A stretch of DNA of 63,993 nt, filler included, from Hyphochytrium catenoides (lineage: Eukaryota > Protista > Hyphochytriomycota): NCBI GenBank assembly GCA_900088475.1. It is 7 parts of 7 records of this genome, joined end to end, with 100 filler letters (N's around TTAATTAATTAA, not from the genome) between each part and the next. Parts side by side here need not be neighbours in the genome. Positions count along the whole stretch, not along the records: positions 15,187 to 20,593 come from FLMG01001270.1; positions 20,694 to 23,423 come from FLMG01002619.1; positions 23,524 to 29,426 come from FLMG01003744.1; 4 more parts are not named here. The stretch is one strand, 5' to 3'. The notes beneath the pieces are model-generated. The model did not search any database, was not told the origin of the DNA, and saw only the letters and a program-made list of their open reading frames with translations. The stretch's first letter is position 1. Every line of letters begins with the position of its first letter. The translations under genes and the position numbers were made by a program. This document shows positions 16,078 to 28,018 of the stretch, in pieces.

Positions 16078-18066
16078 TCGAGAGAGGGCGAGGAGAGAGA
16101 GAGAGCGCGCGTGCGAGAGAGAGAGAGAGAGCGATCGAGAGAGAGAGAAGAGAGCGATCGAGAGAGGGCGAGGAGAGAGAGAGATAAAGAGAGAGAGAGA
16201 GAGAAAGCGAGAGAGTAGAGAGAGACAGAGAGTAAAGAGAAAGAAAGAACCATGGACGAGTTCGCGAACCTTTTTTTCTGTTCCCGGGCGAATGATCCTG
16301 AAGGCACAAGCCTCATGAAGCTGGCTCTCTTTAGACTACTTTGCTGCTACTCCAGGGAAGAAAGAGACATCTCGTCCCTTTCTTCTTCACAATTTTCTGG
16401 CTCTCCGTTGAATAGAAGTCTCTCTCTTTATTAGCTGCACTTACCTGGCGGACAGAGCAGTGTCTCTTCCTTTCTTTCTCTATTTCTGTCCGTCCCTCGC
16501 GTGCTAGAGCGAGAGCGAGGTCTGTCAGCAGACTTCTCTCCTGCCTTTCTTCCCCTTTTCACTACTAATGCTTGTCCTCACTTCTCTCTCTTCTTCGCCT
16601 TCGCGCAGTCTCCATCCATTGTTGCCTCACGAAGGTAAAAAGTAAAAAGAAGAGAGAGAAGGATAGACCCTTACGGTCCAAGATATCCTTTCTTCTTTGC
16701 TCTGTGCATCATGCCACTGCACTAAAATATGAGTGCGGGAGGAAAACGAGAGAGAAAGAGAGAGAGAGAGAGAGGTAGAGAGAGGGGAGACAAGATCTTC
16801 CATCACTCCTTGCTCTGCGCAATCATGCCACTGCTCTAAAATGTGAGAGCGGGAAGGAAACGAGAGAGAAAGAGAGAAAGAAAGAAAGAGAGAAAGAAAG
16901 AAAGAGAGAGAGAGAGAGNNNNNNNNNNNNNNNNNNNNNNNNNNNNNNNNNNNNNNNNNNNNNNNNNNNNNNNNNNGAGAGACAGAGAGAGAGAGAGAGA
17001 CAGAGAGAGAGAAAACGGAAGTAAATAGAAAGAGTCATAGTAGAACCTTCTCTGCAGCAGCAGTGGCTTCTGCTGCTGCTCTGGCGCCCTTGTAGGCTGT
17101 CTACACACAGCTGGACAGAGAGGTTGAGAGCAGTACATGGAGGGGAAAAAATAGAGAAGCGCGATGGTATCGTCCGCGCACACCACGACAGAAAGACCGC
17201 CTCTGCCAGGTGAAGTCTTCTACAATGTGCCACCAATTTCCGTGGCGCTCAAGCGAGACAGGAGAGAGAGAGAGAGAGAGAGAGGGAGCGAGAGAAAGAG
17301 AAGGAGATGAGATATAAAGAGAGGTTAGGCAAAGGACAGGAAGATAGTGAGGCTTTTTGTTTGTGAAGAGAGGAGAGAGAGAGATGAGGGAGAGACAGTT
17401 AAAAGAAGGACGAAGATGCTTCCGTGGTGGACTTGCTTGAGAGGAAGAAGAGCGAGAAGAAGGCGAAGAGACTATGAAAGCTGATTACACGATGGCTGGA
17501 CTCACGGCCGTCTTCTCATGAGAGTGGATAGTATGATTATGATGATGTGCTTCTTTCTTGAATGACAAGGCTAAGAGAGGGAGAGAAGAGAGAGAGGGAG
17601 ACGGAGACAGAGAGAGAGGGAGAAAAAGAGACGGAGAGAGAGGGAGAAAGGGAGAATGAGAGAGAGGGAGAAAGAGAGAATGAGAGAGAGAGACAGAGAG
17701 GAGGTCTTGCAAATAGGAGGTAGAAATAGGAGACCACTGTAGCACTCATTGAGAGAGAGAGAGAGGAAGAGGGCCTTGGAGAAGAGAGTCGCTGCTTCCT
17801 AACTCCAGTGGAAGAATATTTTCAAAGAAACGAGAGAAAGTTCACTGGCAGCTCTGCTAAGAATAAGATATTTTGAACTACGAAGGAAGGAAGTTGTCTG
17901 CTGTCTTCAAGACCAAGTAAACGTAACACCAGAAGGAGGACAAGCGGCACTGCTAGCCATAGTAAAGAGAGAGAGAACGAAGAGAAGAGAGAGATCTTGC
18001 TTCAATGAGGTATCTATGGTGGGGCCTGCCTTCTTCTGTAGTATAAGAGATTGTCTCCTGAGGTTA

Positions 18067-18170
18067 GCAGAGCTTCGTTTAGCATGAGGACATATCACCC
18101 GACACCCTAAGTAGTAATAGGAAGAGAGGACTGTCCGTCCGTTGGCTCAACCCTGGGGCTCAGATCTGAT

Positions 18171-18209
<39 letters not shown>

Positions 18210-18437
18210 AGCGTTCCAAGGAGAAAGCTAGGCTCTCTTCGCTGCTTCTCTCTCCCTCATCTAGTCAACAAACAAGCCAGTCTTTCCCTCTCTACCGGGC
18301 AAATCATAGGCGACAGAATGCTTACCGCTTTGCAGAGCTTCGTTTAGCATGAGGAGATATCACGCGCCACCCTAAGCAGTAGGAAGGTATGACTGTCCGT
18401 CCGTTGACACAACCCTGGCGCTTCCTAGGTCCGAAGC

Positions 18438-18480
<43 letters not shown>

Positions 18481-18570
18481 CATTTTCATAAAAGAAGCTA
18501 GGCTCTCTTCGCTTCTTCTCTCTCACTCATCTTTCTTGTAAGCAAAAACAAGCCAATCTTTTCTTCTCTA
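18067..18570. repeat. Diverged tandem duplication of a ~230-265-bp unit containing an (AG)n run
   Basis: gcagagcttcgtttagcatgagga...gactgtccgtccgtt...aaccctgg...(AG)n...agctaggctctcttcgct...aacaagcca occurs at ~18067-18295 and ~18332-18570. Confidence 0.85.
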
Positions 18571-18920
18571 CAGGGCGACACAGATTTCTTTGGAAAAAGA
18601 GAGAAACGACATACTTTATATTGTTAAATTGGTACAAGACAGAGTCAGACTTCACCGATAATAAAAAAGGGGAAAGGATGGAAACGAGACATGGGAGAAG
18701 GACCCCTGGAAGGTAACTCCTAGTGAGTCGCCAGGGTCCTTCACCGCACAAATAAATAGAACTCTATGGTACACCGTGCTTCCCTCATCCTCTGGTCATC
18801 GGGGGACAAGGCGCCGAGAGAGGAGGAGAGAGACAGGGTAGACGCTGGACATCTAAATGACTAATAACCTGGCCGAGGGATCGCTAACCCTCGGAGACTA
18901 CCTTTCTTCTCTATGGTGAC

Positions 18921-19835
18921 CTACTGGCTGTAGCTGACAAACTGCATGGCCGTCGGGGACATGCCATCGTTGGAAAGATTGTACTGGTTGCACTTGAGAG
19001 CAAAGTCCATGTTGCCATCGTGATCTAGCACTTTGTATAGCGCTGTCCTAACATAGTTGAGCTGCTTGGCCACTTGCCGAGGATGAGGGTTCTCAATGAA
19101 CTTGATGCTCTTCACTCTGGCCGTGCGCTGAGATCCAACGATCATCGCGGCAGTTCTCTCCTCCGTAGAGTCGCCGACAGAGAGGATGTTCTTCATTGTG
19201 TTCATTGCCTTCTCATCACATCCTAGCGCCTCACAGAGCTCCTTTCCAAAGGCAGCAGCCTTCCATGCCACACGGCTGCCCTTGTAAGTTGACTCGTATG
19301 TGGATCTTGCAGAAACAACCTTGATCTTCTTGCTCTCGAGAAGAGGCAGGAGCTGTGGCATGCACCATCTAGCACTAAGTTCTACCCAGCCCGCCTCAGC
19401 ATTGGTGATGATGAGGACAGTGCCGCACTCAATGGCCTTGCTAAGCAACTTGAAGGCTGCGTCACCTACAGCAGAGATCTCTCTCATGAGAGAGGTCTCA
19501 ATAGCTTCATGGTCGTAGAGATCCTGGATGATGCCAATGCTATCCATCCAAGAAGAGGGAAGAATGGTGTCATCCCAGTCAAAGACAATGGCTGTGTCTT
19601 CCTTGCTGAAGAGCCGCGCAGGCTCTTGGCACTTCTGCTGCGTGGGGCTGTTGGTTGGGCTTGTGCTGCTGCTCTTCCGTGACCGTGAGTCGTTGAGATG
19701 TGTGGGAGAAGTGGCTCTGTTTGACACCGAAGCGTTGAGAAGAGGGCGCTTCAGTCTTAGCGCTGCCTCTCTCATCCAGCCCACAGGCATTCTGATCCTT
19801 GGGATATCGCTGTGCTCTGGTCTTCTAGCGGGCAT
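18921..19835 (-). CDS. Uncharacterised HAD-superfamily phosphatase-like protein (FDWDDT type), 304 aa, intronless
   Basis: HAD motifs in order: I VFDWDDTIL, II IITNA, III WKAAAF, IV SVGDSTEE. The N-terminus is low-complexity and S/T/P-rich. Confidence 0.82.
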   Translation of the reverse strand: MPARRPEHSDIPRIRMPVGWMREAALRLKRPLLNASVSNRATSPTHLNDSRSRKSSSTSPTNSPTQQKCQEPARLFSKEDTAIVFDWDDTILPSSWMDSIGIIQDLYDHEAIETSLMREISAVGDAAFKLLSKAIECGTVLIITNAEAGWVELSARWCMPQLLPLLESKKIKVVSARSTYESTYKGSRVAWKAAAFGKELCEALGCDEKAMNTMKNILSVGDSTEERTAAMIVGSQRTARVKSIKFIENPHPRQVAKQLNYVRTALYKVLDHDGNMDFALKCNQYNLSNDGMSPTAMQFVSYSQ

Positions 19836-20360
19836 TGTGCTCTATAGTAGAAGTTTGATAATGGAAACAGAGACTAAAAGAGAGAGAGAGAGTCTTCGTC
19901 TTGTTGGCGCGGTGTGTCTCACAGAGATTGACAGAGGGTTGCGCTCAAAACGAGACTGTCCTTGACAGGAGGACTCACTGCTCTGAGAGAGAGAGAAAGT
20001 TGATATCTGATGGAAAGGAGGACAGAGGATGCTCTTTCTCTCCTTGTCTTCAAAATGCCAAACAGTCAAGCGCCTTTCTACCCCTTTGCCCTACGGCGTA
20101 TAATGTGTAGGGGGATTGGGTCTGGGGTGACAGTGGAAATGGAGGCCAAAGAATGAGGACAGGCAAAGAGAGAGAGAGAGATGATGGCTGCACTCTCTCT
20201 CTCTCTCTCCTGGTTAACACCAGGCATCATGCCTGACATTGATGATGCGGCAAGGGAGGAGCTGCGTCCTCCACTGGGTCATCCCTACCCTTTACAGCAG
20301 CCAAAGAGGGAGGACTTGGGGAGGAGAGCTGTCTTATTCACTTAGGTTGCGGGTCAATAG

Positions 20361-20391
<31 letters not shown>

Positions 20392-20593
20392 TTCTCTCTC
20401 TCTTTCTCTCTTTTCTCTTCTCTCAGCCCTGAAAAGTGTATATAATGAAAGGCGGGTGGGAGGGTGGTGAAGATTCAAGTGTTCTTTATAGGGAAGGCAC
20501 CATAAGTGTCGGGCTGGGTACGTCTCCAGCAAGGGTTCTATCACAGGTGTTACAGGGGATGGGTGGGCGGCTCAGGACTAACTTTTTCTATCT

Positions 20594-20693
20594 NNNNNNN
20601 NNNNNNNNNNNNNNNNNNNNNNNNNNNNNNNNNNNNNTTAATTAATTAANNNNNNNNNNNNNNNNNNNNNNNNNNNNNNNNNNNNNNNNNNNN
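20594..20693. other. Artificial contig linker
   Basis: N-TTAATTAATTAA-N. Confidence 0.97.
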
Positions 20694-20695
20694 CA

Positions 20696-21319
20696 TTCTG
20701 CGAGAGGGGTAGTTGTGCCAATGAAGCTTTTACCCAGGCAGCATATCTTACATCAGGGTACTTGGCGACATCAACTCCTGCCTACTCGCGAGGGCTCACA
20801 TACCAAGGAGAGATCTTGGCCGACTTCAAGAAAGTCTTTGGGTTTGTTGAAGGAACCAACGATAAAGTTTCGACACTCACCTACCATTCTCGAATCCCGG
20901 ATGGAATAGAACAGCACGGCGACTTTAGGCCGGAAAATGTGGCTGATGCAGAGAAAGCGCTCGTTGAGCTGATGGAGGATGGCCAAATCGGACTCTACTT
21001 CCTGAAAAGACGCGTTCAACAGGTGGACGGTGTATGGGCTCACCAGCACGGACACGCTACGCTGGTAGTACGCTTGGGGAACTATATCGTTCATATTAAC
21101 AACCAAGATTGGGACCCGCTCTATACGAGCCTTCCTCAAGCGGTCAAAGTCTATATGAATGCAGTCAGTAAAAAGTCAAAAGCAGAGCAAGGATATCTGC
21201 ATGCCAAAATGAAGCCGGGGGCATGGGTAAGACACCAGGTATACGTCTTGAATGCCAAGATAGCGCCAAAGCATTATGACACTCTGCTAGAACCCGCTGG
21301 TCATTCTCCATCTGCGTGA
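20696..21319 (+). CDS. 5'-truncated intronless ORF, candidate papain-fold (Tox-PL-like) peptidase/deamidase domain
   Basis: The frame is open from the contig start: FCERGSCANEAFTQAAYL... GHATLVVRLGNYIVHINNQ. It has ordinary globular composition and no microsatellites. The family assignment rests on motif pattern only. Confidence 0.55.
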   Translation, partial: FCERGSCANEAFTQAAYLTSGYLATSTPAYSRGLTYQGEILADFKKVFGFVEGTNDKVSTLTYHSRIPDGIEQHGDFRPENVADAEKALVELMEDGQIGLYFLKRRVQQVDGVWAHQHGHATLVVRLGNYIVHINNQDWDPLYTSLPQAVKVYMNAVSKKSKAEQGYLHAKMKPGAWVRHQVYVLNAKIAPKHYDTLLEPAGHSPSA

Positions 21320-23423
21320 TAGCTTTGAGTTGCGTAAGGAGCAAGAGACGTCATAGGCCGAAGATATTCAATGGCGTATCCTTGCCGTCTTACTGGAGCC
21401 ACTCGGCAACCAGGAGTAAACATACTTCGTATCAAACTGGCCATGGCAGCTTCTTAGTATCACTCTCCTCAATAACTAAATCATACTTCTTATATAGAGA
21501 GCCTCAGGCTATGATGCTTCTTAAGCCTAATCCTGTTTTTTAGCTTCTTCCACCTCTTACCTTTCAGCTTTAGACCCCAAGTCTCTGCGGTTCTCGACGC
21601 TGATGAAAGTGAAGGACTGTTGCTCAATGTTTTCACCCTTAGCGGGCGGGAGTCAATCAGAGCTTAAACTGTTCTATTCTCTCTATCCTGTCTTATTATA
21701 CTTCTCCTCCTGGTCGGTAGTCCCAGCTCGTCCGTTCTTGGCCGCTACGTATCCTATTTCAGAGTTCACGAATCTTCCATCTCCTTGCTTTTATCCTAAT
21801 CCCTCTATAAGGAGAGAAGGATAGTGAGTGAGACGTTTAGCATCAAGTCTGCTCCTTGGGGCCGTAGGGGCTGCTGCCTCCTTACGCAAGATCCATATAG
21901 CTGCCCATCGCCAACGTGCTCACATGATGCTTCCAACTTGTGTCGTTCTCTTCCAGCAAAGAGCCAACAAGTACCGTCGGCAAAGAAGAAAGATCGTTAA
22001 CCTGCCCTAACCCCCGCCAACAAGTCTTATTACCCTTCGACACTAGCAGCTGACTTCGTAAGAGTTGTATCGTTTCTCTCCCTCTTTGCCATGACTATGC
22101 TAGACTTCATTAAGTGGTTATTGATCATCCGTGTTATCCCCGCGAAGGTTTAACTGGGGGTGCTATGTGGGTTGCAGTCAAGAAAGGGAGGCTTTTGTGC
22201 TCTTTTCAACGTACATGGCAAGGTACATAGCAGGAAGGTTGAGACGATTGGCCGGACATAAGGGCCATTGCAGGGTCAGTGTTTGCCAACGAAGCTTAAG
22301 GGCTGGAAGTTGATTGATGTCACTAGGACGACAGCTCAACTCGTGTTAGCGGCGTGAAGCAGTGCGGGAGCCGCATATTGCTCTGGATTTGGGGAAACTC
22401 CTGGCAGACGGATCGCCTGGTGGTACGGTCGGCGGCCTACTATCATGGATCGGGCACAAATCTAGATTGGCGACGCCAAAACTCTGGCGATACACTTCAA
22501 GTAGATATAAAGAGTTAGGGCGAGAACAGACACCTCTTACAGGGGGATGAATGGCTCCGATTGGCTTGAAACGCCTCTCCAGTCGCGTCTTTTCCATTTC
22601 ATCCTAACAAGATCCATGTCATTGAGGCGCCCATTATCTTTAATAACACTCTGATCGCCACCTGGCGGTCAAATTCTAGCTCTGCAGCACGGTAGAACCA
22701 AATCAAGTACCGACCTTCGTCTCGATTGGACATTTAACATAGTATCCGAGTTATATCGCTGCAACAATGACGGAGATTGAAGATAGCTATATTATCAACC
22801 CTATCAATAATGATGTACGAGGTTGGGAGGGTCCTTTCGATCTTCAGACAAAGGTAGGAGAGTTGAGAAAGAATAGTAGTGGATAGATGCAGAGCATGAG
22901 AGAGCGGAATGATAGACTCGGAGGAATGACTGATAAGAGCGGCATTTTGTATATTGAACGAAATAAACAGCTACAACTCATCTCTATTAAGAGTTCTCGA
23001 TGCGAGCGAAGACCCTCGATCTGATCGTCTCCGGTCTTCTGTCAGTCCCTCCGTCACTGCGTGTCTCCAGCATTCTTGGCTTTCTCTCTCCGATGAGCTG
23101 AGGACACCTACGTGCGGTACCTTCGCCACCCAACAGAAGGCAAGGAATAGTCATCAGGTCATCTGACTCAAAAGCTCCTTACGGTCTTCAGGCGCCGTCA
23201 TTAATCACACCCAGAGCAAAGAATTTATTACGCGCCAAGACAAATAAATTGGTCCAACCCTGTGCAGTAGTGAAGTCCTCCAGTTTCCACAGCTGGTCAG
23301 AGACTTTCTATATACCAAACTTTGCCATCTACATTCTAGAAGAAGAAGAGGAAATCTACTAGTCGGGTGAGCTTCTCGTCAGCTGTTTTCATAAGCTAGT
23401 CGAGGGCCACAGTCATCAATCTT

Positions 23424-23523
23424 NNNNNNNNNNNNNNNNNNNNNNNNNNNNNNNNNNNNNNNNNNNNTTAATTAATTAANNNNNNNNNNNNNNNNNNNNN
23501 NNNNNNNNNNNNNNNNNNNNNNN
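23424..23523. other. Artificial contig linker
   Basis: N-TTAATTAATTAA-N. Confidence 0.97.
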
Positions 23524-23779
23524 AGTGACTACTGTACTACTGACAACGAACATAGTAGCACTCAACAAAATGTCCCTCTTTATATCTATGGCTTATGGTC
23601 AGTACCCCGGAATACCTTCAGGACTGACTGTTCTCGACAGGGATCTCTCTATTACTGAATGTCTTAGGGTTTATTAGGAATAGTTGGAATAGTCAGAATA
23701 GCTCTAGATTATGGGACCCCAGTTGGGCTTGAAAGTAGAGCACTCTCATCTATTGACATTGTCCAATCATCCCTATAAT

Positions 23780-24140
23780 CCAACACAAAAAGCAGGATAT
23801 ACCTTAGACAAACGAGATATATCCAAGACATACTGAAAAAAATTCGTACGGAGGAATCCAACCCAACCAGCACCCCAGCTGTGGCAGGGTAGCATCTTTC
23901 CATGGCGTGCGAGCTCCCAGCGTTGAGTCCGATCCTGAAGAGCAGGAGTTATTAGAAAATCCGTACCGCAATGCTGTTGGAGCACTACTACACCTCACGG
24001 TTACGACTTGACCAGACATAGCATACGCAGTACAGTCAGTAACTCAACATATGGCCAACCAACTTCCGGAATGTCCACTAGAAAGCGGTCAAGAGAATTT
24101 TTCGATACTTGAAGGGTACTAGCAGCTACGTACTTGTCTG
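23780..24140 (+). mobile_element. Degenerate Ty1/copia reverse transcriptase C-terminal fragment
   Basis: Frameshifted and stop-containing matches to LRQTRYIQDILKKF, PYRNAVGALLHLTVTT*PDIAYAVQSV and AVKRIFRYLKGT. Confidence 0.85.
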
Positions 24141-24148
24141 AGGGGTGA

Positions 24149-24486
24149 TGATATTTAGCAGAGGTAGATGTTGATGACCTCTGAAGCTCTGTCTAGATGA
24201 AACGATAACAAAGGAACTCCTCTCTAGATGAAACGATAACAAAGGGACTTGATGATGATTATCTGTCAATTGACTCAATGAATCTCTCTCTTGGGCTCTG
24301 CTGATAAATCTGCCCTCGTTCCATCCTCATCCGAACAAAGTCTGTTTGCTCAAAAGAAGAGGTCAGGGAAATCTCCTCCCATCTCTCTTCACCCATAACA
24401 CAGTTTATACCGGTAACGACTATGCCTCTGAGAGCTAGGTGTGTATAGAGAGTGATTACTGACAACGAGCATTGTATCACTCAACA
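24149..24486. repeat. Candidate LTR-like segment (TG...CA)
   Basis: Preceded by the purine tract gagggg and ends in ...ctgacaacgagcattgtatcactcaaca, similar to 23541-23568 (ctgacaacgaacatagtagcactcaaca). It abuts the truncated RNase H of the neighbouring element. Confidence 0.45.
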
Positions 24487-27400
24487 GTCCGCCGCATATC
24501 TAGCTTCTCTGAATTGTCAGTAGTGGTGGCGGTCCTCATGGGCTACCTTCTCTTGTAGGACACTGTGCTTGACATCCAGTGGCTTTGACTTTGGTCGAGG
24601 AGAGGAACAGACAGCGATGGCACTCTTGTTGTCCTGGTCAATAGGGATGGGAAGCTGGTGCGAGAAGCCCAGCTCGCTCAGGAATACACTAAAATGCTCC
24701 GCAACCTGACTCGCGGACCAAAGAGAAACGCACTCCGCTTCGGTGGTTGAGGAAGCCCGAAGAGACTGCTTCTTTGACTTCCGCGCAAAGGCCCCGGCTG
24801 TTCAGACTCAAGAAATAGCCTGTGATGGACTTGCGGTCTGCCGGGTCACTAGCCCAATCAGCATCAGCCTGGACAGAGAAATGGATAGGAGCATTCCATC
24901 CTAGACACAAGGAATAGTCTTGAGTTGCCTTCAGGTAGGTGAAGATACGTTTGACAGTGGACGTGGCGGAAGGCAGTTATATGATATGTTGGCTGACAGC
25001 TTGCATTGCATAAGCAATGTCAGGTCGCGTACAGACCGTTACGTAAAGCAAGGAACCGACTGCTTGACGATAGGGGGTGCGAGCCAAGTGGTCAGCTTCA
25101 TCATCAGAAAGAGGAATGGTAGTAGCTTTGGGCAAGTACGTCTTAGGCACCGCTGGGATAGGATTGGGGTAGGAGGCATCAAGTAGGTTGATGAAGCGCT
25201 CCAAAATCTCGGTGATATACTTCGACTGTCGAAGGTAGGTCTGTTGCCGCTCTATCCCCCTTCACTTGGATACCCGGTAGTACTCTAATTCCGCCAGATC
25301 CGTAATAAAAAAAACGGCCGACAGCATGTCCTTGAGTCCTGTTATTCGCTCGGTAGTGGGAGCAAAGAGAAGCATGTCATCAACGAAGACTCCGACGACC
25401 TCAAGGTCATCAGGTCTCGAAGAGTGCCGCTTCCAAAGTCACAAACGCTGCGCTGGAACCCTTGGCCAACTAGATATTGGTGGAGGGTGTCATTTCCATA
25501 TCTTGGGACTCTGACGGAGGCCATATAGTGACTTTTTCAGCCTCCAGACGTGGCCTTCTGCCCAGGGGTTGCAAATCCCGGTGGTTGACGCATGTACACC
25601 TGCTCGTCGAGATTGCCGTTCAGGAAGGCGGTCTTGATATCGACATGGTGCACTTCTAGATCCAGCATGGCAGGCGAGGGAGAGAAGACAGCGCACAGTG
25701 TCGTGTCCAATCACTGGGGCAAAGACCTCTCCAAAGTCAATACCTTTCTTTGTCGATTGCCAAGAGCGACCAGACGAGCCTTGTACTTGTCCACGGAACC
25801 GTCGCTATGTAACTTGACTCTAAAAAAGACCCACTGACAGCCGATGACATGTACGCCTGGCGGTGGAGGCACTAGGTCGTAGACCTCATGAGCCTGCATT
25901 GACGTAAGCTCTGAGGTAATGGCGGCTAGCCATTCTGTAGCATGAGGTCCAGAGAGCGCTTCGCGTACTGTCCTTGGCTCAGACACATGGAAAAGGTTGG
26001 CCTGACCTAGTGGCAAAGAGAGAGAGTCTTCCTGTAACAGTCTGTCCGCCATAATAGGACCGAGTGAAGAAGGAGGGGTGGTCGCGGCAGGAGAGGAGGG
26101 AGAAGGATCTGCGGGTGGGTCTTCATTGTCCCCAACCTCGGTGTCGCTTGTCTCCAAGGAACTATCTCTCGCTTCGCTGCGATCGGGTACGGACACTGGG
26201 GAGCCAATGGCATCTGCTGCACCTGCTGTCCCGATCGAGCCAATGGCATCTGCTGCACCTACTGTCCCAACCAAGCGTGAGCTTTGTCCTTCTTGTCTCG
26301 TCACTACTTCTTCTTCAGCATCTAGTGGTTCTGCTGCTTCAGCTGTAGTCGTTTCTTCGCTCGCGATTGTTGGGAACAGAGAGACATAAGCATGAGGCTC
26401 CTGCCTCCCGGCCTTCTTCAACAAAAACGCGCCGGAGCGAGATTCGTCAATTATCACATCACGCCGCACAGAAGTTCTTTTCGTCACAGGGTCATAGAGT
26501 CGATAGCCATGCGTACCAGAGTCGTACCCTACAAAGATATACCGAGAGCTCCGTGCATCAAGCTTCTTGAGCATCGTCGAGGGCTTCAAGGCATACGCAA
26601 GTGAACAAAGACTCGTAGGTGACCAACATCAGATGGCTTCCCGTACCATTTCTCGTACGGAGTAGAGCCACCGAGAGAGCCAGTGGGGCAGCGGTTGAGG
26701 ACGTGAACACCTGAGGCCAATGCATCTGCCCAAAAGAGGCTAGGCGGCTCAGCAGCAATTAAAAGGCATCTCGTCGCTTGCATGACAGTTCTCATCCAAC
26801 GTTCACAGCATCCGTTGCTAGAGGGGGGTGAATAAGCAGGTATAGAAGAGTGCAGGATTCCGCGGCGAGAGCAGACACTGTGAGCAGCGCCGCTCATGAA
26901 CTCTCCCCCGCGATCGGAGCGAATCACCTTGACACACTGACCCGTCTGACTCTCCAAAAAGCTCCTCCAGCTTACCTTCTGCCTCTGCTTTGCTTCTTAA
27001 AAATTGTACAAAGCACCTTTGCGAGTGATCATCTACAACGAGTAGGAAGTATACATAGCCTTGGTAGCTACGAGTATTGACAACCCCACGTCAGCGTGCA
27101 GAAGTTCAAGCAGTCTTGTTGTCGTGCGAGGCTGAGCGTGGTAAGGCTTACGTGTTAGCTTGGCTAGTATGCAGGTCTCACAGAGGCACGGGCTGCTGAC
27201 AAGCTCTATCAAGAACTATACCTGAAGCCTGTACGGCTAGTCTTCGAATATCTGTATGATTAAGATGATTAAGCGGTTTGTGCCACAGGGTGATAGGCTC
27301 TTGCTTGCTCGTAGCTGCGGCTAGTCTTGGAGGAGAAGAGTCACTTGATGAACTTTACAGAGCTGGGTGGCAATGCCTGAAGCTTCTGTATGAGCACAAT
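24487..27400 (-). mobile_element. Degenerate Ty1/copia pol (GAG-pre-integrase, integrase, RT, RNase H)
   Basis: Motifs LWHK..HL and CETCILAK, VIRSDRGGEF, SNGCCERWMRT, KLDARSSRYIFVGY, EPRTVREAL, KYKARLVALG, LKKSLYGLRQSPKIW, FVDD and DADWASDPADRKSITGY. The INT-RT-RH order is diagnostic of copia. Many frameshifts. Confidence 0.95.
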
Positions 27401-28018
27401 CTAGATGAAACGATAACAAAGGGATTTGGTATTGATGTGTGATGGAGATTTCTAAGAATGATCACTCAGTCCTGAGAGCCTGGTCTGGACTCGAGGTCTT
27501 TTGCTCGGCCCAGCTTCCCTCATCATCTCTCTCTCCTGTTGTGCTGTTCCTGTGTTCGTCAGGGGTCTTACCAGCGAACTCTTAGGGCCTACTATTATAA
27601 TATTCTGTTGCATGATGATCCGCTCCAGGGTGGGATGGTACCGGATGCTCTCCCTATTGATAGAGGAGGGCAGGTTCAATGGCACGTGAGCGATGAAATC
27701 ATGAGTGAGAAAGAGCAGGGAGAAGGAGGGACTAATAAGGACTCTGCTACCACCTTTCTGTGCTGCACTACGGGAATGGTCATGGTGAGGAGGTTCCTCA
27801 GGTCACACCGGCGTCGGAATCAACAAACTGTTCGACGACCTGGAGTAGTCGAACAGCAACGTACTTGGCCATATCTCCGAGAGATTGAAGCTTCGTTCTG
27901 GTACAATAGCAGGACTTAATTCTTCACGGGGGATAAAGAAGGGTATCAGGGATTTGTGCCAACAGCAATCTGCTGAAAGTGGGACGAAGCTGATCGAGCA
28001 ATCTTGGGTTGCATATCG

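Noticed and set aside
21316-21543. ORF overlapping the stop of the toxin-like ORF, resembling a bacterial immunity gene position
   Set aside because: Non-ATG start, only 75 aa, no recognisable fold or ribosome-binding site; likely a chance ORF.
26200-26268. 30-bp tandem repeat
   Set aside because: Lies in the variable linker between copia integrase and RT; ordinary.
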